64,000 bases of DNA, from NCBI GenBank assembly GCA_036172245.1, contig JAYWIR010000040.1, positions 124,001 through 188,000 on the forward strand, in the 5' to 3' direction. The translations under genes were made by a program, and so were the position numbers. A model generated the notes under the pieces. That model saw only the letters and a list, made by a program, of their open reading frames with translations, had not been told where the DNA came from and did not search any database. Origin of the DNA: Raillietiella orientalis. Taxonomy: Eukaryota. Below, piece by piece: positions 9,811 through 21,599 of this stretch; the stretch's first letter is position 1; each line of letters begins with the position of its first letter.

Positions 9811-10916
9811 AGAGGCAAACCTCGTCGGCCTAGGTGCCGCTCACTCGGCAAAGTTCTAAACATTTTGTCATGTTGTAGGGTCGATGTTATAACATTTTGT
9901 GTGCTTATTTCTAGAATAAACGCCCCGGCGCAACCGAATGATAACGCACTCCCAATGGACAACGGCAGAGAGGTCTTGCGGCGCCCCTTCGCAAGCGACT
10001 TGAAGTCTCCTGCAGCTTCTCTCGCAGCTCCTTGCCTTCGCGAGATTGCGACTTCAAGGGGATGTCCGAAAAAGGCCAGTCGCTTGCTCCTTCACGAAGA
10101 AGTCGACAAAGTGGCCACATCTCTGCCAACAAAAGGAGGAAGTTTTCTTCTTTTTTTTGAATAATGAAAAATGAAAAAAAAAAAAAAAAGAGGAAGTTGC
10201 CAACATTCCTTCGAAGGATGCTGAGGATGCTAGAAAGAAATCGGCAGCCTCGTACTTTCCCAGCACATTTTAAGGAAGGACTTTTGTGTTTTTCCTTTCC
10301 TTTTTCGCTCCTTCGTCCACTTCTGAGGTGGCTGCATCGGGAAAGCTGCTCAGGAGAACCAGCACGGGAGAAGTGCCTCCGAGGTGGTGTGGATGATGGA
10401 ACAGCAGCGAGAAGGAAGGCATTTTTTGATCTTGCACATGACTATTCTTTTAGAAGGTACTTTTTACAACAAATTCCCTAAGCGTGACGGGGTTCAAATA
10501 AACGGTCAAAGACGAGAGGTGGATGCGCCCTGCGTTTCGAGTCTCTACCGCTGGATGACGCTAGTTGTCCCACGGACCTCAGGTGCGGCAATGGCAGAAG
10601 CCAAAAAGCGGTTGCTCCTGCTGACTATCTGAGATTCTGACCCTCCGGGGTCCCTCTGGGAACCAAGGTTTCCTTCGTGGCAGTCACAGGTCCCGAAGGC
10701 AGAGGACAGAATAGCAGAGAATCCGTCTTCGTCGCCTTCTCGTTCCTAAGAACCGCGATGAGATGGCAGCACCTGTGACACAACCATGACGAAGCTGCCG
10801 GCATTTTTGAGAAGATGCAGAGTCCATCAGGAAGCAATCTGTGACCCCTAATCCCACACTGCAAACATTTATTATTTTTTATGGCGAAGGAAACAGCAAC
10901 CTGTTAAGAAACAACA

Positions 10917-11955
10917 CTTGAAGATCATCCCAAAGAGCAAAGAACTCTGGCAGGAGGAATCCATCCTGGTTATCCCGTGGATGCTCCCCGTGCAGGATGA
11001 AACCAGGAGATCGATACACCAGCTGTTCGGAGTGACTTTGCGTGATAATGAATCATGGACACGACGACGACACCTGCATCATTCTTGGGTGCTGCGTTAT
11101 GTCGAAAGGATTTCTGGCAGCTTCGCATCCAGGACCCGCGAAGTGTGGAAAAATCATCGCGACTTCGCATGGTCCAGAGTAACGAAAAGGAACATTCTCC
11201 AGCTATTAGAAGGAGAACAAGACATCAGCACCCTCCAAGATGTTGCGGACTGTTACGCTAGTAGGATTTAATCCACTGGCGATTGGAACGGTGCTCTGGA
11301 AGAGTGATTTATTACCGAAAACTCAGGATAACCTCCTCATGTTCTTCCATGGAGTCATCCTGAGTGGGTGCAGAGTGAAGCTCTTCACGGGAAGAAGGAA
11401 GGAAGAAATCTGCTGAGCATGTGGTGGAATAGATACAAGACGTCAAGTACTGACCTGCCCCACATTTCAAGTCGAGTGGATCACTCTGAAAAGGGTCATA
11501 GGGCTGTCCAACGCCTCGACGATGGAGGTTTGGGCAGGGATGTTCCAGAGAACTGGAACGGTTCCTTGCTATAACCCTATGGTAAGAGTGACGATCGCCC
11601 TTTTCATCACCGCCATTATTGTAAGGTGGTGGAAGATGATGACAACGAGGACCATCATAACCCCCCTGGGGAACCTGAAAGGGCTCATCCAGAAAGAGAT
11701 TGGCATTAAAAACTGCGGACCAGTGCAGGTCTGGAACTACCAAAACATCCTGAAAAGGATTGGAGGAGGAAACCAGGCCCAAACGACACTCAGGTGATTA
11801 ATGCAGGGTACTTTGCAGAGACCCAGAAAAGCAGACTCAAAGTGAACACCAGCAAACTCATGTGCAGTCTTTGTGCAATTTGCATGAATAAAATTGTAGT
11901 ATGAATGAAATAAAAAAGAGAAAATAAATTAACCCCACCCCTTGTAGGACTTGGG
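10917..11955 (+). mobile_element. 5'-truncated LINE 3' end, same family as 24520-26545
   Basis: KIIPKSKELWQEESILV and CYNPMVRVTI.LFITAI.VRWWKM are shared with the inverted copy. The 3'UTRs are also homologous, ending AATAAA..CCCACCCCT.GT.GGACTT. Confidence 0.85.
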
Positions 11956-14879
11956 GAAACATTAATAATTTTTTATTTTCTGCTTATTCACTCTCCAGTG
12001 CGCGGACCCTTTCCGGCGACTGCTCCGGAAAGATGACGCCTCCGGAACATCCGAAAGTAATGGCAATATAGCAATACTGGAAGATTCCTGAACAACAGAT
12101 GTCACAGCTTGGAAAACAGCTTGAAGTACGAGTTCACCAGGGTGATTCGGCGCCAGTTGTTGAGATGGCGGAAGTCTCCTTTTTCGGGCACAGGACTCAC
12201 CTTTGCTGAGCGAAAGGAAGCCGTGACATGTCGAACTCTCCTTCTACGTCACTATTTTTTGTATGTCTGCCTTCTTCCGTGAAGACCTGTGCGTAGCGCC
12301 TCCATCGGAAAGCCTAGTAAGGTGGTCGTACCATTAAAGTGGCCCCAATTTGCTGCGAATTTGAGTCCATCACGTGACGATCTGTCATCGTGGCATGAAT
12401 GTAACAGATTGCTGCAATCACAGCGCTCGTTCGCTCTTCCGGCTGGCGATCGCTGGCAAACGACTAGCAACCCTGTTTGCGTGCCATCACCGCCGCCTCA
12501 CATCTAGCAGCTTCCCCTTTCGGTGCGTCAATACTCCGGAGAGAGAGAACATGTGGATTTCGCGACCCCCTGCGAATGCCTTGGTCTAGCGGCAAAAGAA
12601 AGTGAGGACGTAGGCCCAGCTCACCCGAATCCAGCAGGAGAGCGTTTCAGCAGAACGGAAGAACATTGGAGGAGGTGGGTAGTGAGCTAGCTGACTTTGC
12701 TGGGCTAGCCACCAGCCACCCCCTTCACCTCAGCGGTGTCCTCCGCTATCAGGGTACATGCCACCGCTCTTCTCCGGCGAAGTGGGAGGTTTGCTGCGGG
12801 ATCTTATTCCTCATAAAGTCTGTGGGTGGCTGGAATCCTGCTGACACAGCAACACCAGGAACCCTCTCCAAAGAAATGCAGCGTTGCAGCGGAACTCTTC
12901 TCCATTCGGCCCGAAGAGTTGGAAGTGCCATCTGTGTTTAGGGATAGTAACCTGCTTCGTCTCAATTGGCTGCAATCGTCGCAGCTGATACTGTACTGGA
13001 TCTCCCGTGCAATGCGCGCAGGGACCACTGGACGAGGGGAAGCTCATTGACGAACTGCGTCAGGTGAGGAGAGAAGAAGACTTTCCCCCACCTATTAGCG
13101 CAGTGCTCCGCCCTACGATTCCTGTGAGAATATCGGCATCGCTTTCTTACTCCGTGGACGATCCTCGTTACTCTTTGAGGCATCTCTTCGTGCGAGACGC
13201 CATGACGCCCGCGGCCGCAATAGCAGCGCTGTGATGAGTTCGCGGTGTGGTTGTGGCGAATGGGGGAGGCGCCTAGAAAAACCGGAGCAACGCCGGAGCT
13301 GTCTTGCCCTCCATTGGCTTCCTAAAGACAACTTTGAGATGGTGCCATCTGGAAAGGGAGGAGGAGCACACCGGCATCCTTCAACGGATGCAGAGGCTTC
13401 ACCCACCACTAAATGCAATCCCTTCCCTTCTCCTCAACTAATTGAAGTTTTTTTTCCAGTTCGTTATAGTTTGTTTGATTGTTTTTCTAGTTTTGTTTTA
13501 TCCCCCTTCGTCTTCGTGGACGTGATCGACCTCTCCCACCTCTCCCGAGTTTTAGTGTTATAATTGCAATCGGTGAGCCCTTTGGCTCCATCGATTTCTG
13601 CAAGGGGAATAAACTCTCCGGCGCACGCGGGTGTGAAACCACAGCGCTCTTCCTGACTCAGCCTTCCGCGAACGAGTCTCGCAGAAAGTCCGAAGTGGGA
13701 AGGATCCTGCGATTGTCTGAGCCCTGAAGGGAGTTCCTCCGCAAGCTTTCCACGAAACCAAACTCCAGCAAAAGGTGAGGTAGCAATTCCGTCGTTCGCA
13801 ACTTTCAACAGTTCGGGGAGACAACTCTTCCGGAAACCAGGAACCTTCTCTAGTTGTATCAGAATTCCCCAACTGAAGAAACAGATGGCATCCTGCTGCC
13901 AACGGAGCTCGAACACGGAGGTGTCAACCACACAGAGGAGTAGGACCACGAATATTTCTGGAGGCACATCAAGTAGGTCACTCTACTGAAGCGGTCCCTT
14001 CGCCCAAAAACGAGGGGTGGCGACGTACACCTACTCGATCGTATTGCAGCCGTCCAGGAATGCTTCGACTACTGCCGTTTTGCCGAAAACTCTTATCACC
14101 CCAGTTGGCTGCTGTCCTTGCTTGCCCTAATGGAAGACAGTGCTGCAGCAAGCGATTTGACCGCAATGTGGGACCACTGCGTCCAATCGTGCGGGGGATT
14201 TTTCAGCGGTTTGCATGAGAGTTTGTGCAGCGATCGCAGTTCCTCTGGGTGCGGTTCGAAAGAGACGGACCGGAAATCCAGCCTCCTGCCGCCAGAAATT
14301 CCAGCTCTGTGGAAAATTATTGTACGCAGCACGTGGGGTTCCCAGGAGGTCGTCGTCCATCCAAGTAGCTGACCTGGTGTGGAGATGCTTCACTTCGCCA
14401 ATGGAAAGCAAGGCGGTGTCGCGCAGTGGCGGCACCGCCTCTCGTTCGATAGTTCCATTTTTTGCCCGATGGAGTCCTTCGACCTCACTCTGCTCCCCTT
14501 GTGGCGGCTTCTACCAATGGAAAGATGCGATGTGTGTCGACCAAATTTATCTCCGGATTCAAAGTTTCAACTTTGTTCTGCTTCTAACGCGTGTGGTTAC
14601 CTTCCACTGCCTGTTTTCGCTGGGCATATAACTTTGCCCTCTTTTCCTTCTTCTTTGCTTCTTCTCTGCTGTGCGACACTGATTTTCAAAAACTATTGCA
14701 CATATTTCGACTCAGTTTACTCAGAAACGACGAACCGACACTGCAATGTGCTTACTTTCCGGGCTATGGATGACACATCCTTCATTAACGTGTCTTTCTA
14801 TAACGAATGTATTTCTCGGATAATTTTAAATCCAATGATACATCTCCATTGCGAAATAGAATTTATTGCTGAGTGGCGG

Positions 14880-15300
14880 AAGGAATATTTCGGGGGTAGG
14901 CACCATTTCCACAGCTGAGGCATCGGATTTCCTTCGAATGCCCCTGCTTGCCGAAGAAGCGGTTTTGAGTCTTCGATACCCTCCTCATTCGAGAGTGGAA
15001 GTCATTCCATGGAAGATGGCGACAAACCTTCACAGGACGTGCCTGGAAAAAGTATCTCCAGCCTTGCTCACGCATCTGTCTGAAATCGTGGTCTTTTACC
15101 TTGTCAATTGTCAGGAGGAACAGCGCAAGTTCCTTGATGACGTCATTGTCACACGCAGCTGCGAATCATCGATTCGTTTACGTGTTAGGCAATCTATTAG
15201 TCTCGGCGAGAAATTTCAGCTTTTTCTCACTGCTTCACTGGGCAATTTCCCACCAAGGTCATCTGTGTCCACAAGGGATCACTGGCTTCACAACTAGTCT
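14880..15300 (-). mobile_element. Possible decayed tyrosine-recombinase (DIRS/Crypton-like) remnant
   Basis: Only weak motifs: GNCPVK, and HSRMRR..GHSKEIRCL..GAYPRNI, which resembles the HSxRxG..I..LGRW.S.AY.RY box. Confidence 0.3.
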
Positions 15301-16322
15301 CGGGTAAGCCTGGCGTTTAAGATGTTCTGATGTGAAACAGAGGAGAGAACTGGGATGGCGGGAAGGAATCTGACCACAAAAGTGCAGGAAGCTTTCCTCT
15401 CGGAAGGGGTGACGGCATGAAAAAGTAAATGCATAACGTAGCCGCGGACCAGCACGCTCCATGCGAGGTAGTTGAGAGGAGAACCAAATTACACTCAACC
15501 CTCATTTCAGCACGAGCACATCACCTGATTTTCTGCTACATGTGGAGCTCTTGTGGTGCTGCTTCTGGAGTATCCTTGGCAAACGATGCTGCAAGCAGTT
15601 ACTCGACATTCCCAAGAGAGCCTTCGTGATTAGTACAAGGAGGTGGCCACAAGGAATGACACCGTCGTTTCAGAGTGGAGACAATCTTGTGCTGGTTCTC
15701 TTCTTTCCCTGGAATAAACCACTCCCGTTCGCATAGCTACCACATAAGCATCCGAGTACGCAGTTGTGTGCATTCTGTTTCCATTTCGCCCTACCACAGC
15801 ACTGACTAGGTGAAAAGGGTGCTCTCAATTCGTGACATGAAGTTGGACTGCGTGGGAAGTGTGCGGCTTACGAGACGTGCTTCTTTTGAGGTTTCCTCCA
15901 TATCCACGGTGATGCTGTCCGGGAAGAGGGTAGTGTTGGGATAGGAAATGGCGGGAGGATAGGTGGAGTGATTCTCAACGGATACTCATATTTAGAGGGG
16001 GGCAGCTAAGTAGAGGGAAGGTCAGGTGTGGAGTGGATGATTGGGTAGAGAGGATGCACCAGCCTAAATGAGACGGAGGATTCTCGCAACTTGAGGTCTG
16101 GTTTCCGGGCAGTGCAAGGAGCATCGCAGGGATTTGCGGAGTAGGGGTAGAGCAAAGCTCCTAGAGATCGCTTCCTGTGTTGCAGCTTTAGGATTCTTCT
16201 TGATACTGAAAAAAAGGAGTGGGTGGGGGCGGCGCCACGCTGCATGCAGGACGGCGACCAGCTTCAACCAGGAACCACTTTTTCGGAAACCTTCTGCTAG
16301 ACAGAAGAGGCCAAAAAGGGGG

Positions 16323-16441
16323 AATTCACGGCACCCAGGTTTCCCAAGCGTTCGCCCATCCAAGTACTGATCAGGCCCAACGCTGCGTAACTTCGCCGAT
16401 CGAACGTGAGACGGTGCTTTCAGCGTGGTGTGGCCGTGAAC
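16323..16441 (-). rRNA. 5S rRNA: 5S rRNA gene or variant
   Basis: Reverse complement GTTCACGGCCACACCACGCTGAAAGCACC..GATCGGCGAAGTT..AGTACTTGGATGGGCG..GCCGTGAAT, followed by CCCCCTTTTT. The terminal stem pairs. Confidence 0.92.
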
Positions 16442-17576
16442 GGAGGGCTTTTCCATGGAGGCACTATTTGTGAAACTTCTTCAAGGGCACCATCTCTACT
16501 GCGGCTGCGTGTACTGCCGCAATGCGAACGTTTTCGTAACGCGGGTTCGTCGTTGCATCACATTTCTTCGCCGTGCTCCGCTACTGTTCCACCTGAGCCT
16601 CCAGGCTTCGTAGGCCAACAGAAGGCTTGTTATTCTCTGAGGTGTAGCAGCAACGACAGGACGTGGGATGTTCTGGGCATCCCTCGCTCGCCACAGACGT
16701 TCGTCCAGCATGAAATGCTCTCTCAATGTGCATGCCAAACCCGTGCGTCTGATTTCGCTGATCGTAGAACGGAATGTGCAGGAGGCTCGTGGAGACCAAT
16801 TGGCAAGGTGAGGGAGCGGTGAAACTGGAGTCTGATAGGAGTGCGGGCGTGTGTCAGACGAATCTGACTTCCGGAAGATTGCCCTCAGTCACAAAGAATC
16901 TTCGGATGCCTCTTGAAGACACCGGCTTACATCGTTCTATACAATGAAGAAGCGTTCCTCTGTACCGCAAGCCACGCGTGCTCTTCTTGTTGAGAACGGT
17001 CGATCAGCCACTTAGCTGACACGAGCAGCTGCTTGGCCCGTGAGGGAAGGCCGGAGTACCGGAAGGGCAGCTTACTGTCGGATGCTCTCTTGACTCTGGT
17101 TGTTGCTCTGCACGCCTGTGGAGATGCCAGCGTATCTGAAGGCCGCACTGGAAGCAAGCCCCCATCTTTAGCATCGCTGAGCTCTCTTACCCGCTGAGAG
17201 CAGAAAGCAGCATGGTGCGGCGTGCACCACATAGAAACACCAGGAACAACGTCAGGTGAGACCACGACGTACCTGCACGCACATGTAGGCTGACAACTGC
17301 GAGCAGTCGACAGGATGTTTGCAGAGTGGGTAGTGCCCCGAACGAAGAGGAGAGAGTGAGGTGCAGAAAGAGCAACAAAGGGTGCGAGGGAACTCTTCAG
17401 AGAGAGTCGTCGTGGTCGCTCAGGAGGAAGTGTAGCGGAGCACGGCGAAGAGAATCCGAAGACAGGACGAACGTGCGTAAGCAAAACACTCGCACTGGAG
17501 GAGAATACGCTGCTGCGGGGGCGGGGAGCGCCCTTGGGGGAGTGTCACAAAGAGCGCCATCAAGGGTACGGCCGTC

Positions 17577-17694
17577 GTGGACGGCCACGTCTCTCTGAAA
17601 GCATCGTTTCTCTTCCGATCGGCGAAGTTAAGCAACATGGGGTCCGGTTAGTACTTGGATGGGCGTCCGCCTGCAAACTCCGTGCTCCGTGAAT
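17577..17694 (+). pseudogene. Degenerate 5S rRNA copy
   Basis: GTGGACGGCCAC..CCGATCGGCGAAGTTAAGC..AGTACTTGGATGGGCG. The terminal stem and helix II are disrupted. A T-run follows. Confidence 0.85.
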
Positions 17695-18002
17695 TTACTC
17701 CTTTTTCCTTTTGACTGCGCTGTGCGTCTCTGAGCAAGAGGACTTCCAAGTTGAACGCGAACTTGCTGATTGTCCTTTCGGTTTGGATAAGCAGTTCCTC
17801 CGACAAGGGACTTGACCTTTTCAAAGGCTTCGGCGCGGCAGATGAGGACGCCTGTGCTTTTGCTGATACGATGCTCGTGGCGCTGTCGCCATTTTGTGCT
17901 GCTCCATTGGATGCCCGCCCGCGCGGGTGCAAACTTCTGACATACTGGTGCTTAAGTTGGGTCGTTTAGCGTCAGAAAGGAGCCATTAACAGAATACTTG
18001 TC

Positions 18003-18121
18003 GTTCACGGCCACACCACGCTGAAATCACCGTCTCTCGTTCGATCGGCGAAGTTAAGCAGCGTCGCGCCTGATCAGCACTTGGATGGGCGACCGCCTGG
18101 GAACCCCGGGTGCCGTGAACC
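18003..18121 (+). rRNA. 5S rRNA: 5S rRNA gene (best-preserved copy)
   Basis: Perfect GTTCACGGC/GCCGTGAAC terminal stem, box A (AGTTAAGC), box C (TGGATGGGCGACC), about 119 nt. Confidence 0.95.
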
Positions 18122-18125
18122 AATC

Positions 18126-18130
18126 TTTTT
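18126..18130 (+). terminator. Pol III T5 terminator of the 5S gene
   Basis: TTTTT lies 5 nt after the 5S 3' end. Confidence 0.85.
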
Positions 18131-18739
18131 GCGCCCGCGCCTGTCCAGAAAATTCCCACTTGTCGTAACCAACCCACGATTTTTTGCACACTTTTCCTTT
18201 CATACTTTCGTTGTGCTCTTCTGTGGACTGCTTCTTGAGTACTCAACTCTTCGTAGTCTCTCTAAAAAACCTGCCACCAATCATCCGTTTGGAAATTCAA
18301 ATGTCTTCTTGGGGAGAGTGATGGTGGAAGCTCTTTTTCTGCTCCTCGTTTAGCGCTGCCTTTGATTCCTCCTGTCATTCGTCCTTGAATCCGTCCGCTG
18401 TCTGTCCCCAGGGTTGCTGCGGGTGTTGTTCCTCTGCGTGCAAAGCCACGTGGAAATTGGCATGGAAAGCACAACTCCAATGGAGCTTTTCGTTCCGTGT
18501 GCCACCGTGGTAAGCAACGGTTCCACTCCGTCGAGATGTATTTTAGAAATCTTCCATTGTATCTCTTAACTAGGAAATAGTGCCATAGTTACTATGACGA
18601 TCATCCCGTAAATTGGCTGAAGCAGAGCGCAACCAACGCAGGTTCAAGTAAAGCAACACCCGAAGCCAAAGACCCTAGGAAGGTAAGTGGGATCGGGCCT
18701 CATATTAGGACCGTCAAGTGATTTCGGTCCTTAAGCAAT

Positions 18740-18880
18740 TCTCCAGCATCCATGCTCGGCAAAGGAAATGGAACCCTGTTATGTAGTTTGAAGACGTCTA
18801 CAGCAGGTTTGCTATAGTGCTAGTGACATCAGACAATCAGTGCGTAATCCTTACTCTTCTACAGGTGGAAGACTTATGTC
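18740..18880 (+). mobile_element. Possible DIRS-type RNase H remnant
   Basis: IVLVTSDNQCVI resembles the DIRS V.V.xDN..VV motif. Nothing else is recognisable. Confidence 0.3.
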
Positions 18881-19549
18881 TCTTCGTATGTGGTTTGCAG
18901 GTCACCCGGGCGTCTGTATTCGATGCAACAAGAGACACCGAATAATAGAATGTCGCCTGTTACATTATTGCTACTGTTACGAGCACGTGCGCATCAAGCA
19001 AGCGTGTCCGTAGCTCCTAGGAAAAAGGGAAAAGCTTGGAATAAAAATCCGCGAAGCTTGGCGTAAACAGAGCCGCCATTCGGGGAATATAATAGGCGAT
19101 AGCATTCCAAAGGGAAAGGAACTGGGGCGAATTTCGTCGCGTCAACTCGGGAGACTGAGAATCTTAAAGAATAATTCGTAACGGGCTAAATCCGCGCATC
19201 TCCTCTGAATTTCACCAAAGCAAAAATGCATACATAGTCAGAATTTTGCCGACGAGGATAAATGGGTTTGCTCCATCGTTGCCGATACAGTGGCAGCAAG
19301 AATGATCACCTTCGAAGCACAACAGCCTTGCGTCAACGCCCCTGAAGTAACGATGCCTTTAGACTCCTTCCGTGAGACGCGGTAAAGCCCGACACGCAGA
19401 AAAGGGAAGCAATGCTATATTGACGTCAATTCGCACATTATAGAAATGTTTCCTTTAGAAAGGTTAGGTTAGGTTACGTTCAGAAGGTTAAATTCTCTGA
19501 AATAAAACAATAAAAGTTTTACGGCTGCAAACAGGGTTCTGAAGAGGCA

Positions 19550-20850
19550 GAAAGTTTGTTTGTTTCTTGGATTGATTTTGATCAATGCTTTTCCATCTTG
19601 CTTAGGTAATCCAATCTTTTCCGGGGATGAACTCGCCGCACTCCTCAGTATGGTTACTATCTCTTCTATCCCAGCCTAGTTTATTACGTGTGGCTGGGAA
19701 CTCATCGAAAAGAAAAATGGCAGCATGAAGACGAAGAAGTCAGGAAAAAAATAAAGAAAACCTTTCATCTACCACCCTAGGCAGTGAATGAGTACTTGTA
19801 CGGAGAAAGGAGTAAAAACTGCCTAGGACTAATGGAGCAAGCTGGAGAATCTAACCTCCTCACCATGCATAGCCTCTTCAAACTTCTCATTCCACCAACT
19901 CAGTAAGGAAATTGGCACACTATACTCTGGAGAAAATAGTTTAAAAACGAACACACGAAGTCCTGACAGATGAAAACCTCAGGGATTTAATGGCAGGTAC
20001 TCTACACGAGACCACACAACCCGGAAATGATATAGAGAGTCTCTGGACGATAGGAAAGAAGGCCTCTTGAAGAGTCAAACTCCGCTGGGAATTTCAACAA
20101 GAAATCCGCATTGCATTTGACGGCGTAATCTTCACCAGCGCAACAAGAAGGAAGATCACCTCCGGCATGAGATCATTGCAGAAGGAACAAGCATGGCAAT
20201 CCCTAATCCAAAACCAAATTAGTCAAGAGAAAGCCATGCATCACTCCTTAAGTTTTTTTCAAACGAACGGAATTCACCTGAGATTTCAGGATTACAAATT
20301 TATCCATGCAAAAATACTAAACTTACTGTTAATCAACGCTGCACCAACCAAAAAAGGAGATGAACGCACATGGCGATGTGGGACAGAGGACGAAACGTTA
20401 TCCTTTATACTGAACACATGCAAGAAGCACGTTCCTCTAACGATGCAGCGCCATGATTCGTTCCAGGAGATCATTAGGAAGGCCACAGCGAATGAAACAA
20501 AGTGGAGTCTTATCTTAAGCAACCGGAGAGTACCAGGAACCACTTCGAGCCTAAAAGGAAACCTAATTTCAGAGAAGGAAAATCGGATAAGTGTGCTGGA
20601 CTTCTGTTGCCCATATGAAAATGGCGAAGAGAAGTTTGGCACAACCAGAGGAAACAAGATATCGCATTACAACTCGGAAGTAGTGGAAAACAAGGGTACA
20701 TGCGATCATCGTCGGCTCTCTGAGAGCATGGGATCCTGGTAATAAGTAAGTAATGCAGTTCATAGGAATACCGAAAAGAAAGCTTGTGGAGCTCAGACAC
20801 AGGATGATGGCTACCTGTGTTCGGTACGCAAGCTCCATTAATGCAACACA
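19550..20850 (+). mobile_element. Decayed RLE-type non-LTR retrotransposon (NeSL/Utopia-like), 3' part
   Basis: LRFQDYKFIHAKILNLL, RCGTEDETLSFILNTC..QRHD, VLDFCCPYENG..K..HY, then SLRAWDP in another frame (RLE domain). Confidence 0.85.
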
Positions 20851-21599
20851 CGTGAAGAAGAAAAACGACTACCTCCTCGAGGACTTACATGATTTTCCAC
20901 CGGAGGATTTCTAGCAAGTCAGCGAGGTCCCATGAAGAAAACATCAACTGCGGAAGACTGTCCAGAGCTGCTTGCATACATGGTTTGCAATCACACAAAG
21001 TGAACAATAAATTTCTTTGAGAAATGTACAGCTGATGGGACATTCTTTGATTATGCGTACGCAAAGATAGTCAAGCTTTCACGGATCCTAGAGAGCAGTT
21101 CACTCAGTGATAGATGCCGATCTGTTGCCTGGACAGTTAGTGGGCTGGCAAAGCAGGTTGTGCTTGCAGGCCGCATCAGATCATCTGCCTCGGTGGTGCG
21201 AACTTGGGAACGATTCAGGGTGTTCGGAAGGGTGTTGTTGATAACTGACGCACTTTTGCTATCGATATGGACCACGCACATATCTCTGGAGCTTCGATCC
21301 ACCTCAACTACTATGAAATATGCAAGTTCCTTAAGACTGTATCAAGAGAAGCCGGAAAACATTCGTACTTTATAATTTCCTGAGCCTTACAATTCAAAGA
21401 ATCCAAAAAGTATTGTATCATTGTAGACAAAGAGTCCTTCTTGTACTGAAGAGTCAGTAATTGTTCTCTTTTTTCCGCTGGCATCCAGCGCGCGTTGGAA
21501 GGAACCTATTCTGTCATGAGCGACTACTACGTCATAGTTTGGGTTAGATTCTGTAGAAGTAGGTGTGTCCGCAGTGTGAAATTTCAAGTGGAAGTTCGA

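Noticed and set aside
12000..14560. TE-like coding remnants including a TWMDD motif
   Set aside because: Too degenerate to assign a family or boundaries.
16500..16830. DIRS-like RT motifs (LPIGL, FMLDE) on the minus strand
   Set aside because: Most of this stretch is the upstream spacer shared between two 5S copies, and the motif similarity is weak.
16000..18500. Spliced-leader RNA or U2 snRNA linked to the 5S genes or to the Utopia-like elements
   Set aside because: I could not find an SL1-like 22-mer with donor and Sm site, or U2 sequence, by eye.
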